Positions 19,937 to 31,476 are shown, counted from the first letter of the stretch. The stretch: DNA of 64,000 nt from Candidatus Omnitrophota bacterium (GCA_049517335.1 JBEKSD010000003.1:45553-109552); one strand, 5' to 3'. The notes: generated from the sequence alone by a model not told the origin. Program-made: numbers and translations.

Positions 19937-22815
19937 TTTTTATATTTCTTGCCTGAACCGCAAGGACAGGGGTCATTACGGCCTACTTTGGGATGCGTTG
20001 ATTGTATTGGCTTTTGAGCTGGCTGTTGCTCCGGTTGTTGTGCGGCAGCATCTAACGCGGATAGTTCGGGATGGGTTAATTCCTGCCTTTCTTCACTAAA
20101 TACCCCTTTAAAATGGGCTGTTCCTGCCGGCTGGAGCTTAAATAGCGTTTCGACAGCCTCTTCTTCAATCGAAGAAATCATCTGATTGAACATAAGGAAA
20201 CCTTCGCGTTTATATTCTATTAAGGGATCCCGCTGACCATAAGCGCGTAAGCCAATGCCTTCGCGGAGGCTGTCCATGGCGTAAAGATGGTCCTTCCATT
20301 TGGAGTCTATTATCTGCAGAAAGACCATGCGCTCCAAATGGCGCATCAAATCAAGCCCGACAGAATTCTCTTTCTTTTCATAAGCAGTAAGTGCAATTTC
20401 ATAAAGGCTGTCTTTCAATTGCTCCTTATGCAAATCTTCCATCTTCTTATCTTCTATATCAAGCCCGAACTTCAATTTCATTATATTGATTAAACCGGGA
20501 AGATCCGGTTCATGCGCGCTTCCCATATAGGTTTCAACTATACCGTCAATTGAACCCCGAAGCATATCCAGCATATTTTCTTTTAAATTCGCCCCCTCAA
20601 GCGTCTGTTTACGCTGGCTGTAAATTATCTCTCTCTGTTTATTCATGACGTTGTCGTAATCAAGGAGCTGTTTCCTAATCTCGAAGTTATGCTGCTCAAC
20701 CCTCCTCTGGGCAATTTCAATGGAACCGGCAACCCAGGGGTGTTCAATTACCTGCCCCTTCTCTAAGCCCAATTTTTCCATAAGGCCGATAAGCCTCTCG
20801 GAGCCGAATAAACGCATAAGGTCGTCTTCAAGCGCAACGTAAAATCTGGATGAACCTGGGTCTCCTTGCCTACCGGAACGGCCGCGCAGCTGATTATCAA
20901 TACGCCTTGATTCATGACGCTCAGTCCCCAAAACATGCAAACCGCCGAGGCTTACAACTTTTTCATGTTCTTCGGCTGTCTCTTTTTTATATTTCTCGAG
21001 TAATTTCTTGTATTCTTCCTGATAATCAGGATGGTCAGCTTTTAACTTCTGCTTGATTACGTTCTTAGCCATAAACTCAGGGTTACCGCCTAAAAGTATA
21101 TCGGTTCCCCGGCCGGCCATATTAGTTGCAATAGTCACGCCCTTGAACCTGCCTGCCTGCGCGACAATTTGAGCTTCCATTTCATGGTATTTTGCGTTTA
21201 AGACCTGATGCGTTATGCCGCGACGCTTAAGCATTTCGGAAAGATACTCCGATTTATCTATAGTTATGGTCCCCACAAGAACGGGCCTTCCGGAATTATA
21301 AAGAGAACTTATTTCATCAACCACAGCATTGAATTTTTCCTCTTCTGTCTTATAAACCCTGTCCGGGTAATTTGTCCGGATTAAATTCCTGTTCGTAGGT
21401 ATCGTGATCACGTCAAGCTGGTAAATGCTTTTAAACTCATTGGCTTCGGTCGCTGCGGTTCCGGTCATACCGGCTAATTTTTCATACATGCGGAAATAAT
21501 TCTGGAAGGTAATGGTGGCCAGCGTCTGGTTTTCCCGCTCAATTTTTAAACCTTCTTTTGATTCCACCGCCTGATGCAGGCCGTCCGACCAGCGCCTGCC
21601 CGGCATCATGCGCCCGGTGAATTCATCTACGATAATCACCTGCCCGTCTTTTACGACGTAATCCACATCACGCTCGAAAAACTCCTTGGCCCTTAATGCC
21701 TGTATAGTGTGGTGCCTGTATTCAATAGTCTCAATGCTGTGCAGGCTCTCCACTCCCCAGAGGCGCGCTGCTTTCATCTCTCCGTTTTCAGTCATGGCCA
21801 CCGTCTGGGCCTTTTCATCGGCAAGATAATCGAACCCCTGGGATAAATCTATGCCTTTATATTTTGCGTTAATTTCGTCTTTTTCGGTAACGCGCCTGCC
21901 TTTAAGCTGCCCGGCTATGGTGTTTGCAGTATAATATTTATCGGTTGATTCTTCTGCCGGGCCGGAGATGATCAAGGGTGTACGCGCCTCATCAACCAGG
22001 ATGGAATCAACTTCATCTACTATCGCATAATAAAACGGCCTCTGTACAAGGTCGCCTAAATTATATTTCATATTATCGCGCAGGTAATCAAAACCAAATT
22101 CGTTGTTGGTCCCGTAGGTTATATCGCAGGCATATTCGGTTTTCCTTTCTTCATCTGGCATATCATGCTGGATTACCCCGATAGAAAGACCTAAGAATTC
22201 ATAAACAGGCCCCATCCACTCTGCGTCACGCCTCGCTAGGTAATCATTAACGGTGACTACATGTACGCCTTTGCCAAACAGCGCATTTAAATACGCGGGC
22301 AGGGTCGCCACAAGGGTCTTTCCTTCACCTGTGGCCATTTCACAGATGCCTCCTTGATGGAGGATTATCCCGCCGGCAATCTGCACGTCAAAATGGCGCA
22401 GTCCTATTGTGCGGCTTGCCGCCTCCCTTACCACGGCAAACGCTTCAGGCAGAATATCCTCAAAAATTTTATTTCTTGTATTTTTGAGTTTTTCTTTTAT
22501 TTTTTCCTTTTCTTCGGGGATGGCCACCGAAGACATCTGTTCTTCCAGGTTCGCTATCTCCTGCTGGTAAATTTCGGATTGTTTCCTGATATGCTCCCTA
22601 AACTCTAGTGACTTTGCCTTTAATTGCGCATCGCTTAAGGCACTGACCTTCTCTTCCCAAGAATTTACCGCGGCGACAATCCCGGCTACCACAACCATTT
22701 TATTCATTGAAGGACTGGGCATTTCCGGATGCAATACTATTTTCACTCCGGGGTAACGCCTGGTAATCGCATTCTGCTTGTTTTTTAGAATAACCTGTTT
22801 TATTAATTTAAGCAT
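19921..22815 (-). CDS. secA: Preprotein translocase subunit SecA
   Basis: [22 protein letters not shown] and C-terminal [18 protein letters not shown]. Confidence 0.98.
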   Translation of the reverse strand: MLKLIKQVILKNKQNAITRRYPGVKIVLHPEMPSPSMNKMVVVAGIVAAVNSWEEKVSALSDAQLKAKSLEFREHIRKQSEIYQQEIANLEEQMSSVAIPEEKEKIKEKLKNTRNKIFEDILPEAFAVVREAASRTIGLRHFDVQIAGGIILHQGGICEMATGEGKTLVATLPAYLNALFGKGVHVVTVNDYLARRDAEWMGPVYEFLGLSIGVIQHDMPDEERKTEYACDITYGTNNEFGFDYLRDNMKYNLGDLVQRPFYYAIVDEVDSILVDEARTPLIISGPAEESTDKYYTANTIAGQLKGRRVTEKDEINAKYKGIDLSQGFDYLADEKAQTVAMTENGEMKAARLWGVESLHSIETIEYRHHTIQALRAKEFFERDVDYVVKDGQVIIVDEFTGRMMPGRRWSDGLHQAVESKEGLKIERENQTLATITFQNYFRMYEKLAGMTGTAATEANEFKSIYQLDVITIPTNRNLIRTNYPDRVYKTEEEKFNAVVDEISSLYNSGRPVLVGTITIDKSEYLSEMLKRRGITHQVLNAKYHEMEAQIVAQAGRFKGVTIATNMAGRGTDILLGGNPEFMAKNVIKQKLKADHPDYQEEYKKLLEKYKKETAEEHEKVVSLGGLHVLGTERHESRRIDNQLRGRSGRQGDPGSSRFYVALEDDLMRLFGSERLIGLMEKLGLEKGQVIEHPWVAGSIEIAQRRVEQHNFEIRKQLLDYDNVMNKQREIIYSQRKQTLEGANLKENMLDMLRGSIDGIVETYMGSAHEPDLPGLINIMKLKFGLDIEDKKMEDLHKEQLKDSLYEIALTAYEKKENSVGLDLMRHLERMVFLQIIDSKWKDHLYAMDSLREGIGLRAYGQRDPLIEYKREGFLMFNQMISSIEEEAVETLFKLQPAGTAHFKGVFSEERQELTHPELSALDAAAQQPEQQPAQKPIQSTHPKVGRNDPCPCGSGKKYKKCCGR

Positions 22816-23922
22816 CTTGGTTTGTCTTTTGTTTTTTTTAAGTACGCTTCAATGAATTTATCCAGCCCGCCGTCCATAATTGAGGCAACGTCCCCCGTTT
22901 CATAACCACTGCGATGGTCTTTGACCATACTGTAAGGATGCATTACGTAAGAACGTATCTGGCTGCCGAATTCAATTTTCTTTTTCTCGCCACCCCCAAA
23001 CTGCTCCTGCAGCTGGCGTTCTTTTTTCTTCCTTTCAAATTCAAAAAGGCGCGCCTTTAGTATCTTCAAGGCCATCTGCTTATTTTGGTATTGCGAGCGC
23101 TCATTCTGGCATTGGGCTACGATACCCGAAGGGATATGCGTAATACGCACTGCCGAATCTGTCGTGTTTACGCTCTGGCCGCCTGCGCCTTTTGAGCGGT
23201 AAACGTCAATGCGCAGCTGTGTTTCATCTATCTTTATCTCCGCATCTTCTTCTATTTCCGGAATAACGTCCACCGAGGCAAAAGAAGTATGCCTGCGTTT
23301 ATTGGCGTCAAACGGCGAAATACGCACCAGGCGGTGTACTCCCCGCTCCGCTTTCAAATAACCATAGGCATATTCGCCCTCAATTATAGCCGTTACGTTC
23401 TTAATACCGGCTTCTTCGCCAAAGAGTATATCCGTGGTCTTAAAGATATAGTCGTGCTTTTCGGCAAAACGCGTATACATACGCAGGAGCATACTCACCC
23501 AGTCGCATGATTCCGTGCCTCCGGCGCCGGCATTGATGCTGAGAATAGCACCCGCGGAATCAAACGGAGCACCGAGGAGAGTTTTAAACTCTAATTTCTC
23601 GAGTTCTCCGGAAAGCGCTTCAATATTCCGCGCCAGCTCTAAGATTAACCCTGAATCCTCATTCTGGAGTATTTCGGCAAGCTCTTTTAATTCCTGAAGT
23701 TTTTTTGAAATCAATTCCCACGGCTCGACACTGGTTTTAAGGTTCTTTAATTCTTTTACTATCCTAGTTGACCTCTCCGGATTATCCCAAAAACCTTCAC
23801 TTGACATTGACTGAGTTAGTTCATTAATCAGCCTCTTCTTTTTATCAATGTCAAAGATAACCTCTGAGGTTGGCGAGCTTAACCTCTAATGTGTTTATTT
23901 TGCCCTTAATATCTTCAAACAT
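22803..23922 (-). CDS. prfB: Peptide chain release factor 2 with programmed +1 frameshift
   Basis: SPF and GGQ motifs. True start ATG 23922 ([23 protein letters not shown]), then CTT-TGA-C at 23856-23850 with an internal SD (AGAGGT) just upstream. Confidence 0.95.
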
Positions 23923-23940
23923 CTCACGCCTTCCCTTATT

Positions 23941-25014
23941 TTAAGCTTTCCTTATCCCTTTTAAAGCCAATATGAACTCATCCCGGTTATCCGAGAAAGT
24001 TATGGCATCTTCTTCTTTAATCCTGCCTTCTTTGACCAGCTTAACCAGCGCCTGATTAAATGACTGCATCCCAAACACCTCTCCGTCTTCAATAAACTGA
24101 GGTATATCCCAGATTTTCCCTTCCCTGATTAAGCGGCTGATGGTCGGCGTAAGGAGCATAATTTCGCAAGCCGGGATGCGTTTTGTTCCGTCAAAAGAGG
24201 GAACGAGGCGTAAGGATATTACGCCTTTTAAAAGAGTAGATAACTCGTTACGGATTTCATGGTGTTGGTGAGGCTGGAAAAAGTTTACAATTCTTTCCAC
24301 GCTTTTAGAAGCATTCACCGTATGTAGGGTGCTTAAGACCAGCACCCCCGTATCAGCGGCGGTAATAGCCGCGGACATTGTTTCAATATCCCTGATATTA
24401 CTGATAAAGAGGACATCCGGGCTTTGTAAAGTAAAAGCCCTTAAAGCCGCTCCGTATGTGGAAACGTCCAGCTCCAGCTCCCGCTGGTTTACAACCGAAC
24501 TCTTGTCTCTAAAGGTAAATTCAATGGGTTCCTCAATGGTGAGGATGTGTTTCTTACAGTTAGTATTGATATATTCAATCATGCTCGCGATAGTCGTAGA
24601 CTTACCGCTGCCCATTGAGCCGGTCAAAAGCACCAGCCCTCTTGTTTCAAGCGATAATCTTTTTAATGTTTCCGCAGGTAGGTTTAAATCCTCAAAGGTC
24701 TGGACTTCGCTGCGCACATTCCTGATGACCATCGAAGGCCAGTTCCTTTGCCTGAAGATACTTACGCGGAACCTGTGGTTCACCTCTTCAACATAAACCG
24801 CGAAATCAACATCAAGATTATCCTTAAAAGTCTCCCTCTGTTTAGGCGTGGTTAATTCTTCAACCGCCTCCATAATGTCATCTACGCTTAAAATAATATC
24901 ATCAACCGGGATAACTTTTCCGGCAAGCCTCAAATATGCAGACCCGCCTGCGCGGTAAAATAAATCCGAGGCATTCTGGTCTACCATCTGTTTTAATAAT
25001 TTCTTTATGCTCAT
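23941..25014 (-). CDS. PilT/PilU family type IV pilus ATPase (degenerate Walker B)
   Basis: GSMGSGKST, TIEEPIE, STLHT His-box remnant, GMQSFNQ. Confidence 0.85.
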   Translation of the reverse strand: MSIKKLLKQMVDQNASDLFYRAGGSAYLRLAGKVIPVDDIILSVDDIMEAVEELTTPKQRETFKDNLDVDFAVYVEEVNHRFRVSIFRQRNWPSMVIRNVRSEVQTFEDLNLPAETLKRLSLETRGLVLLTGSMGSGKSTTIASMIEYINTNCKKHILTIEEPIEFTFRDKSSVVNQRELELDVSTYGAALRAFTLQSPDVLFISNIRDIETMSAAITAADTGVLVLSTLHTVNASKSVERIVNFFQPHQHHEIRNELSTLLKGVISLRLVPSFDGTKRIPACEIMLLTPTISRLIREGKIWDIPQFIEDGEVFGMQSFNQALVKLVKEGRIKEEDAITFSDNRDEFILALKGIRKA

Positions 25015-25034
25015 AGCTTATGCCCTCGCCTTCA

Positions 25035-26528
25035 TTATACCACTTTCTTGATTTTTGTAGTAGGATTAAATTCCATGTATTTGGCCAGCATTAAGCGGGT
25101 TTGCGCGTCGAGAGCAGGGGCTGAGCCAAGGATGAGGATGACAAGCGGCACCAATGCCCACTCTAAAGTCATCACCACATTTTTAAACCAGCTTACGTGT
25201 TTGGGCCGCTCAGGCAGCGTTGTGCGGCTTAAAATTATCCAGGCCAGGCTTGAAGCAAGGGTGAAATTCAGCAACAGGCCGGTAATCTTAGGAAGGTTGT
25301 AGCTGATTGTCATCTGATTAAAGAAAGTACCCCCCAAAACTAAAGGTAAAGGAGCAGCGAGGAACAAGATATTCGCCCAAATCGCCCAGGTAACGTGGCT
25401 CTCGAGAAGCTGGAAAGAACGCCTTAACTTGGTTAAAAAAGGGATATCCCTGTTCCTTAAGAAGCCGTCGACAACAAAAGGAAAATTCTCCACCCCCCAG
25501 GCCCACCTTCTTTTCTGTTTATATTGCAGACTAATGGTCTTAAACAAATTGCTGGAATAAGCTACATCCATGGAAACAGTTATATATAAAGGCACTACCC
25601 GGTAATCGCCATTATAAAATAAAAACGCCTTCCAATAAATAACGGAATCATCCGAAACCATATCCACCGGCCAGTAATCAATATCGACAAGCGTTTTAAA
25701 ACTCATGCTATGACTTGAAAAAGTAACAAACTTTTCTAGCCGCATGCTTTCTATCAGCTGGCAGAATGAACTGCTGATTTCAACGAGGCGGGCAAATGAA
25801 GGCGCTTCCCAGACATTATTATTGTAAACGGGCATGGGCTGGTAGCTTGCCTGATGAGGTTTCTCAGAAGTCAAAAAATGATAGGCAAGGCAACTGAAGT
25901 ATTTTTTATCCACGCAGGTATCGGCGTCAAAACAGGAAATAATCACCTTTTCATAGGGAATTTTTTTCTCATCAAGCAGTTCTTTGGCTTTTTTCGCCGC
26001 CCAAGTGGCGTTTGCGCCTTTGGTGCGCGACTCAAAAGGGATATTGTCCGGATGGAAGGTGGTCAAAAAGATAAAAAAATCTTTTTTAAACTCCCTTTCA
26101 AGCATAAGGGCATTTTCCCGCGCTTTAGGGTTGCGCTCTTCAAGGGCCAAAACCACGATCATCTTATCTTTAGGATAATCGCAGTTACGTAGGGCTTCAA
26201 ACGAAGGCCTTAGGATCTCCAGGCCTTCCTTATAAGATGGGAATATAACCAGATGATACGGCCCCGGGCAATCTTTACCCGCCGCTAGGCCTTTACACTC
26301 CCTAAGCCAGGCCCTGTTCTTTTGCTTTTGCAGCTTATGATGGGCAATTACTAAAAGCGTGGTCAGGTAGGTGGTACGTATAATCCAGTAAAAATCAAAA
26401 ATGATTATGAGTACCGCGCAGATAACGGGATTAACGACCGCAAGTATCAAGAAAAAAAGGAGTATCCCCCAGGAAAGGGAGCCCGGCAATATTTCAAAGA
26501 ACCTTCTTTTTTTATTCCGGCCGTTCAT
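25035..26528 (-). CDS. Membrane glycosyltransferase family 2
   Basis: PSYKE, KGAN, FDAD, SDD and QKRRW motifs; flanking TMs. Confidence 0.85.
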   Translation of the reverse strand: MNGRNKKRRFFEILPGSLSWGILLFFLILAVVNPVICAVLIIIFDFYWIIRTTYLTTLLVIAHHKLQKQKNRAWLRECKGLAAGKDCPGPYHLVIFPSYKEGLEILRPSFEALRNCDYPKDKMIVVLALEERNPKARENALMLEREFKKDFFIFLTTFHPDNIPFESRTKGANATWAAKKAKELLDEKKIPYEKVIISCFDADTCVDKKYFSCLAYHFLTSEKPHQASYQPMPVYNNNVWEAPSFARLVEISSSFCQLIESMRLEKFVTFSSHSMSFKTLVDIDYWPVDMVSDDSVIYWKAFLFYNGDYRVVPLYITVSMDVAYSSNLFKTISLQYKQKRRWAWGVENFPFVVDGFLRNRDIPFLTKLRRSFQLLESHVTWAIWANILFLAAPLPLVLGGTFFNQMTISYNLPKITGLLLNFTLASSLAWIILSRTTLPERPKHVSWFKNVVMTLEWALVPLVILILGSAPALDAQTRLMLAKYMEFNPTTKIKKVV

Positions 26529-27459
26529 TTGTTTTTGTCCTCATCAGGTCCTGGAAAGGAAATGATTTTACGTTCAACTCAAGTTTGTAAACATTGTCGT
26601 AATAATTATCGTCCGCCGCCTTCTGCGTATCCAGGAAATAGAGTGCGTCTTTTGTTTCATCGTAAAAAACTTTCGTCTCCTTCTTGTTAAGCCTGACAAG
26701 TTCAATGGGTATTGTTTCGGCTTGGGCTTCCAAAACTTCAACTGTTTTCTCCGTAACCACCAGCATATGGTAACTGTCCGAATGCCAGAAAACATCAATT
26801 ATTTTCCTGCCGCCAAGGTTTAAGACTATTGCTGAATCGGAAATTGATGAACCCTCTTCTAATTTTAAGCTGACTATTACTAGCTGAGAAGGATTAAAAA
26901 AAAGCAGCCTTTCTCTATTCGGAGAAAGTTTCCATTTTTTAGGCGCCGGGGTTATCTCAGGAAGCGAGCCGATATCCTGAAAATCTTCTCCCTCAAGGTC
27001 TGATTTATAGATTACATTTTCTTTTACGTCTACGTAATAAATTTTCCCTCTCTCTTCATCCACCCAGAAAGTGGAAATCTTGTCCTTATTCAGCTTCTTC
27101 ACATTAGGCCGCAGAGGAAAAAGAATAACCTTATCAAACCTGCTCACGTGCCCCCCATAGACTTCCGTATCGCTTGACCAGGGATAGTGTTTTTCGAGTT
27201 CAATTTTAATATTATATTTTCCGGGAAGCAGCTCCTGAATGGTGGCAGGGGTCTTTTTATCCAGGAGGGTACCGTTAAGATAAACATCTGCGCCCGCAGG
27301 CTGGGTTTCTATGGCGATTATCCCCGTCTTGGTAAACTTTAATAAACGCATGTTAAATTTATAGCCAAGCGCGTAAGAAAGGATATAGGGCAGGCCGGCG
27401 AAAAACACAAGGACGCTCGCGTAAAAAAGGACCGACCTTATTTTCTGTCCGCTAAACAC
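26512..27459 (-). CDS. PEGA-domain membrane-anchored protein
   Basis: N-terminal TM; TQPAGADVYLNG...TP...LLPGKY; propeller-like C-terminus. Confidence 0.8.
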   Translation of the reverse strand: MFSGQKIRSVLFYASVLVFFAGLPYILSYALGYKFNMRLLKFTKTGIIAIETQPAGADVYLNGTLLDKKTPATIQELLPGKYNIKIELEKHYPWSSDTEVYGGHVSRFDKVILFPLRPNVKKLNKDKISTFWVDEERGKIYYVDVKENVIYKSDLEGEDFQDIGSLPEITPAPKKWKLSPNRERLLFFNPSQLVIVSLKLEEGSSISDSAIVLNLGGRKIIDVFWHSDSYHMLVVTEKTVEVLEAQAETIPIELVRLNKKETKVFYDETKDALYFLDTQKAADDNYYDNVYKLELNVKSFPFQDLMRTKTNERPE

Positions 27460-27722
27460 TTCGCTATCTCCTTCTCCAGCTTAATAAGCATTTTCTTATT
27501 TTTTCTCCCTCCCGCATAGCCGCCTAGGCTTAAGTCGTTCTTAACTACGCGGTGGCAGGGGATAATCAAAGGATAGGGATTCTTCTTTAAGGCTCTGCCT
27601 ACTGCCCGGTAGGCAGCCGGAAACCCTGCTTTTTGCGCAACCCATTTGTAACTGCGCACCTCGCCTAACGGTATTTTTGCAACAACCCTGTAAACCTTTT
27701 TAGTAAAAGTGGTCATCTTCAT
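27438..27722 (-). CDS. O6-methylguanine-DNA methyltransferase (MGMT) family
   Basis: RAVGRAL...NP...IPCHRV active-site motif. Confidence 0.9.
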   Translation of the reverse strand: MKMTTFTKKVYRVVAKIPLGEVRSYKWVAQKAGFPAAYRAVGRALKKNPYPLIIPCHRVVKNDLSLGGYAGGRKNKKMLIKLEKEIAKCLADRK

Positions 27723-28960
27723 TTTCCGATCACCTTTTTTCTGTGCAAGAGGTGATGATAGCTTAGCGCAAACCTGTGTGCCTCATCGCGCACCCTGCGG
27801 ATTAAGTTAAGCGCTGCGTTATCCGACTTAAATTTGACCGGCGTTGCGCTGCCTTTAGTATATATATTCTCTTCTTCTTTGGCAATACTTAGTAAGGGCA
27901 AATTAAGCCCCAGGGCCTCAAGCTCCTTTTGCGCGGTAGCCAGATGCGCAAGGCCGCCGTCAATCAAAATTAAATCCGGCAAGGGTAATTTCTCTTTAAG
28001 CAGCCTTTGATAGCGCCTGCCCACTACTTCAGAGAGCATTTTATAATCATCAATACCTTTCACGGTCTTAATCCGGAAACGCCGGTAATTATTTTTATCC
28101 GGCACGCCTTTATAGAAACTGACCATTGAGCCGCAGGCCTCCTGGCCGCTGATATTGGAAATATCAAAGGCCTCTATCCTCTCAGGCAGCCTTTGCATAT
28201 GCAGCAGCTCTTTTAAGCCCTGAAGTGCAGCAGAAGCAGCAGGGCCTAGCTGCACTGAATTAATCGCGCTTATGGCCTTAATCTGATCCCGGATCTTGGC
28301 CGCCTCTTCATATTGCTGCTGCTTAGACTTTTTTTGCATAATACGGTTTAAGTACTTAAGCAGATATTCTGTTTTACCTTCTAAAATCAGGCGGATATTC
28401 TTAATCAAGACAGCATAATCTTTCCGAGAAATTTTACCTATGCATGGCGCGGGAGAGAGGTTAAGGCGATAGTAAATACAGGCTTTCTTGGGAAGTTTCC
28501 TACAGGAACGAAAGGGAAAAGTGCGGCGGATAATCCTTAGGGCTTCCTTGAGTAATTTCGCGCTTGTGTAAGGCCCAATATAAACGGAGCCGTCATTCTT
28601 TTTCTCGCGGGTTATCTGAATCGCGGGATATTCCTCATTAGTGATTACAACATAAGGGAAACTTTTATCATCGCGCAAAACAACGTTGTATTTCGGCATA
28701 TATCTGTGGATTAAATTCGCTTCGCGCAGCAAGGCTAGGCTTTCCGTAGGGCATAATTCATATTCAATTTTAGAGGCATGCTGCATTAAGGCGGCGGTTT
28801 TAGCGGAAAGCCCACCTGCGAAATAACTGCTCAGGCGCTTCTTAAGCGAATTCGCCTTGCCTACATAGATGACCTGCTCAGAGGCGTTTTTCATGAGATA
28901 CACGCCTGAAGCATCCGGCAGGGCATTTGCTTTTAGCTTGAGCTGATTTATTCTCTTCAT
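27719..28960 (-). CDS. uvrC: Excinuclease ABC subunit C (short form)
   Basis: GVY...IYVGKA GIY-YIG domain, UVR domain, FDISN, DGG, RDEAHRFA. Confidence 0.93.
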   Translation of the reverse strand: MKRINQLKLKANALPDASGVYLMKNASEQVIYVGKANSLKKRLSSYFAGGLSAKTAALMQHASKIEYELCPTESLALLREANLIHRYMPKYNVVLRDDKSFPYVVITNEEYPAIQITREKKNDGSVYIGPYTSAKLLKEALRIIRRTFPFRSCRKLPKKACIYYRLNLSPAPCIGKISRKDYAVLIKNIRLILEGKTEYLLKYLNRIMQKKSKQQQYEEAAKIRDQIKAISAINSVQLGPAASAALQGLKELLHMQRLPERIEAFDISNISGQEACGSMVSFYKGVPDKNNYRRFRIKTVKGIDDYKMLSEVVGRRYQRLLKEKLPLPDLILIDGGLAHLATAQKELEALGLNLPLLSIAKEEENIYTKGSATPVKFKSDNAALNLIRRVRDEAHRFALSYHHLLHRKKVIGK

Positions 28961-28972
28961 CTTTTTTATCTT

Positions 28973-30517
28973 TTAAGCGCTTGCTTTCATCCCTTTTTTT
29001 AACCAGACTAACAGCTCGCCTGCCTCGCTGACCCTGAAGATAAAACAGCAAACAACGTAAGAAACCATACCTGCCGCAACTGCCAGGCTTAAGCTTAATA
29101 ATTTATTTACTCCGATATTAGAAATAAAATAACAGGCCGCCCCCATGCAAACGCTTGAGGCCAGTATTTTTACGAATGAACTCGCGATGTGTCTTGATTC
29201 AAAATCGCCGATTCTCCTACGCAAAACTATAAACAAAATAATAAAGCTGATTATCCCCGATATGGAGGTTGCCAGGGCAAGCCCGGCTATCTTCATGGGA
29301 AACATAAACAGAGAACATAAGACGATATTTAAAACTAAGGTTATACCCGCATTCTTAGCCGGAGTTACGGTATCTTTAAGCGCAAAAAAACATGATTGCA
29401 ATATTTTAACTGCCCCGTAGGCAAATAATCCGATACTATAGTAGAAAAGCGCTTGCGAGGTAAGGTTAGCGGAGTAGGCGTCGAATTTTCCTCCCCTATA
29501 TAAAGTTGAAATAATTTGCCTTGAGAGGACCATAAAGGCAACCGAAGCCGGCAGCATCACGAATAAATTCGCGCGCAGGCCCCAAGAAAGTGTGCGTTTT
29601 AAATCCTGATGATTATCATCCAGCGCCTCTCTTGAAAAAGTAGGCAGGATTGCCTGAGAAAGCGCGTTACTAAAAATACCGATGGGAAACTGAATCAGGC
29701 GGTAAGAAAAATACAGTACCGCTACACCTCCCTCCCCTACGATAAATGCCAAAGAACCGAATATTGAATCAACAAAATTATTCAGCTGATAAATGCCGGA
29801 ACTGGCTACCCGCGGCAGCATGAGTTTAGCAATAGTCCGCGCGCCGGGATGGTTAAAATGCTTGAATAAGCGCAGCCGGAAACCCTTTTTATAAAGAACG
29901 GGGATCTGCACGGCAAGCTGCAAAACTCCTCCTACAAGCACGCCGTAAGCCAACCCGGCAATCCCCTCTCCAAAGAGAAGCGCGAATACGATTATGGAAA
30001 TATTCAGAAGACAGGGCGCAAAAGCGGGAACGGCAAAATGTTTCAACGAATTAAGCACCCCCATTGCATAAGCTGCCAGGCATATTAAAATCAGGTAAGG
30101 GAATATTATCCGGTTAAGTTTTATGGTTGTTTCTAATTTCTCGGGGAAACTGATAAATCCAGGGGCAATAAGGCGCACGATAAGGGGAGAAAATATCATC
30201 CCTAAAATCGTAATAACCATGAGTGTCACAAGGAGCAGGTTCAAGACCACATTCGCTAGTTCCCAAAATTCTTCTTTTGTGTGCTTATGCGCGTATTCGC
30301 TAAATACCGGGACAAGGGCGGCGTTGCTTGCCCCCTCCCCGAGTAAGTCGCGGAAAAGGTTGGGGATCCTGAAAGAAATAACTAATGCCTGGGCGTAAAG
30401 ATAGACGCCGAAGAGCCGGGCAATGACTATATCCCGGACAAACCCCAAGAGCCGCGAAACGAACGTCGCTAGCGCGATGACTAAAGCGGACCTGGCTATG
30501 GATTTATGGGTTGACAT
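28973..30517 (-). CDS. murJ: Lipid II flippase MurJ
   Basis: SRLLGFVRD, FRIPNLFR...GEGA; multi-TM MOP family. Confidence 0.95.
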   Translation of the reverse strand: MSTHKSIARSALVIALATFVSRLLGFVRDIVIARLFGVYLYAQALVISFRIPNLFRDLLGEGASNAALVPVFSEYAHKHTKEEFWELANVVLNLLLVTLMVITILGMIFSPLIVRLIAPGFISFPEKLETTIKLNRIIFPYLILICLAAYAMGVLNSLKHFAVPAFAPCLLNISIIVFALLFGEGIAGLAYGVLVGGVLQLAVQIPVLYKKGFRLRLFKHFNHPGARTIAKLMLPRVASSGIYQLNNFVDSIFGSLAFIVGEGGVAVLYFSYRLIQFPIGIFSNALSQAILPTFSREALDDNHQDLKRTLSWGLRANLFVMLPASVAFMVLSRQIISTLYRGGKFDAYSANLTSQALFYYSIGLFAYGAVKILQSCFFALKDTVTPAKNAGITLVLNIVLCSLFMFPMKIAGLALATSISGIISFIILFIVLRRRIGDFESRHIASSFVKILASSVCMGAACYFISNIGVNKLLSLSLAVAAGMVSYVVCCFIFRVSEAGELLVWLKKGMKASA

Positions 30518-30582
30518 GGGTTTATAATTATGCTATAAAATAAACCGCTTGAATTTTTTTTACGCTAAAAGGAGAAATTAAT

Positions 30583-30846
30583 ATGCCCAGACGCAGAACA
30601 TCATTAAAGAGCAACCGCCAGAACCTAAAAAAACACTTACGTAACTTAAAAGTAAAACAGCAGCTTAAGAAAACGCTGAAATCCCTTCAGGACCTGCTTA
30701 GTGCTAAGAATTTAGCGGAAGCGAAAAAGCTACTGACAAAAGTTTTCTCCCAGCTGGACAAGGCAGCCAAGAAAAAGATCATTCACCCTAAAACAGCCAG
30801 CCGTAGGAAATCCCGCCTAATGAAGCGGCTTAACAAAAGCGCATAA
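30583..30846 (+). CDS. rpsT: 30S ribosomal protein S20
   Basis: LDKAAKKKIIHPKTASRRKSRL; located next to murJ and holA. Confidence 0.95.
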   Translation: MPRRRTSLKSNRQNLKKHLRNLKVKQQLKKTLKSLQDLLSAKNLAEAKKLLTKVFSQLDKAAKKKIIHPKTASRRKSRLMKRLNKSA

Positions 30847-31467
30847 ACTCACGACTAATTTTTCCAAGGCGAAAACGGGCTTTAGTTTACCCATTTTTAT
30901 TTCCGTATCGCATAAGATAAAAAGCTTGAGTCTTCTTCTTAATTCAAAAGGGCCTGCACTCAGCCTTTCCCACTCATGGCGCAACCCGCCCAGTATCCTT
31001 TCCGGCCTCTCCCCCTGATTTAATAACTGATTCAGCACCCTTAATGCCGCATCTATGCTTTTTGAGTCAATCAAGCGGCATAATGTAAACGTATTCAGCT
31101 GAGGCGTTTCCTTAAAGCGGATTACTTTTGCATATTTTGCGGCATTATTAAGAAAACTGTCCCTTCTATCAACGCAGCCTAGATCCAATATAAGGACTAC
31201 GTATTTCTGCGCTTCCTTTAGATATTCCAGCAGGAAATCCTTTAACGCCTCTTTTAACTCCTGCGCTTCTTTAATAACCACCATTCTTTTAGCATTGTTG
31301 CCGGGAAGGTAAAACAGTTTTTCCTGAAGGCTCTTTAAGCTGAGGCCCCTTGCATATAGGGTATCAAGGTTAAACTGTTCTATATTTTCAGGTAAGAATG
31401 AGCTTTTTAGTTTCCTAAGCTGGATATCTTTTGAGGTAGGATCATCACCGACGAATAAATAGACCAT
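30817..31467 (-). CDS. holA: DNA polymerase III delta subunit (short)
   Basis: VYLFVGDD...FNLDTL...KRMVVIKE...D.EIK.G...ALEKL; canonical lptE-holA-rpsT context. Confidence 0.8.
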   Translation of the reverse strand: MVYLFVGDDPTSKDIQLRKLKSSFLPENIEQFNLDTLYARGLSLKSLQEKLFYLPGNNAKRMVVIKEAQELKEALKDFLLEYLKEAQKYVVLILDLGCVDRRDSFLNNAAKYAKVIRFKETPQLNTFTLCRLIDSKSIDAALRVLNQLLNQGERPERILGGLRHEWERLSAGPFELRRRLKLFILCDTEIKMGKLKPVFALEKLVVSLCAFVKPLH

Positions 31468-31476
31468 TACCTTAGC

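Noticed and set aside
21148-21162. CCTGCCTGCCTGC in secA as a second copy of the lnt palindrome
   Set aside because: It encodes the conserved AQAGR motif of SecA and has no inverted arm.
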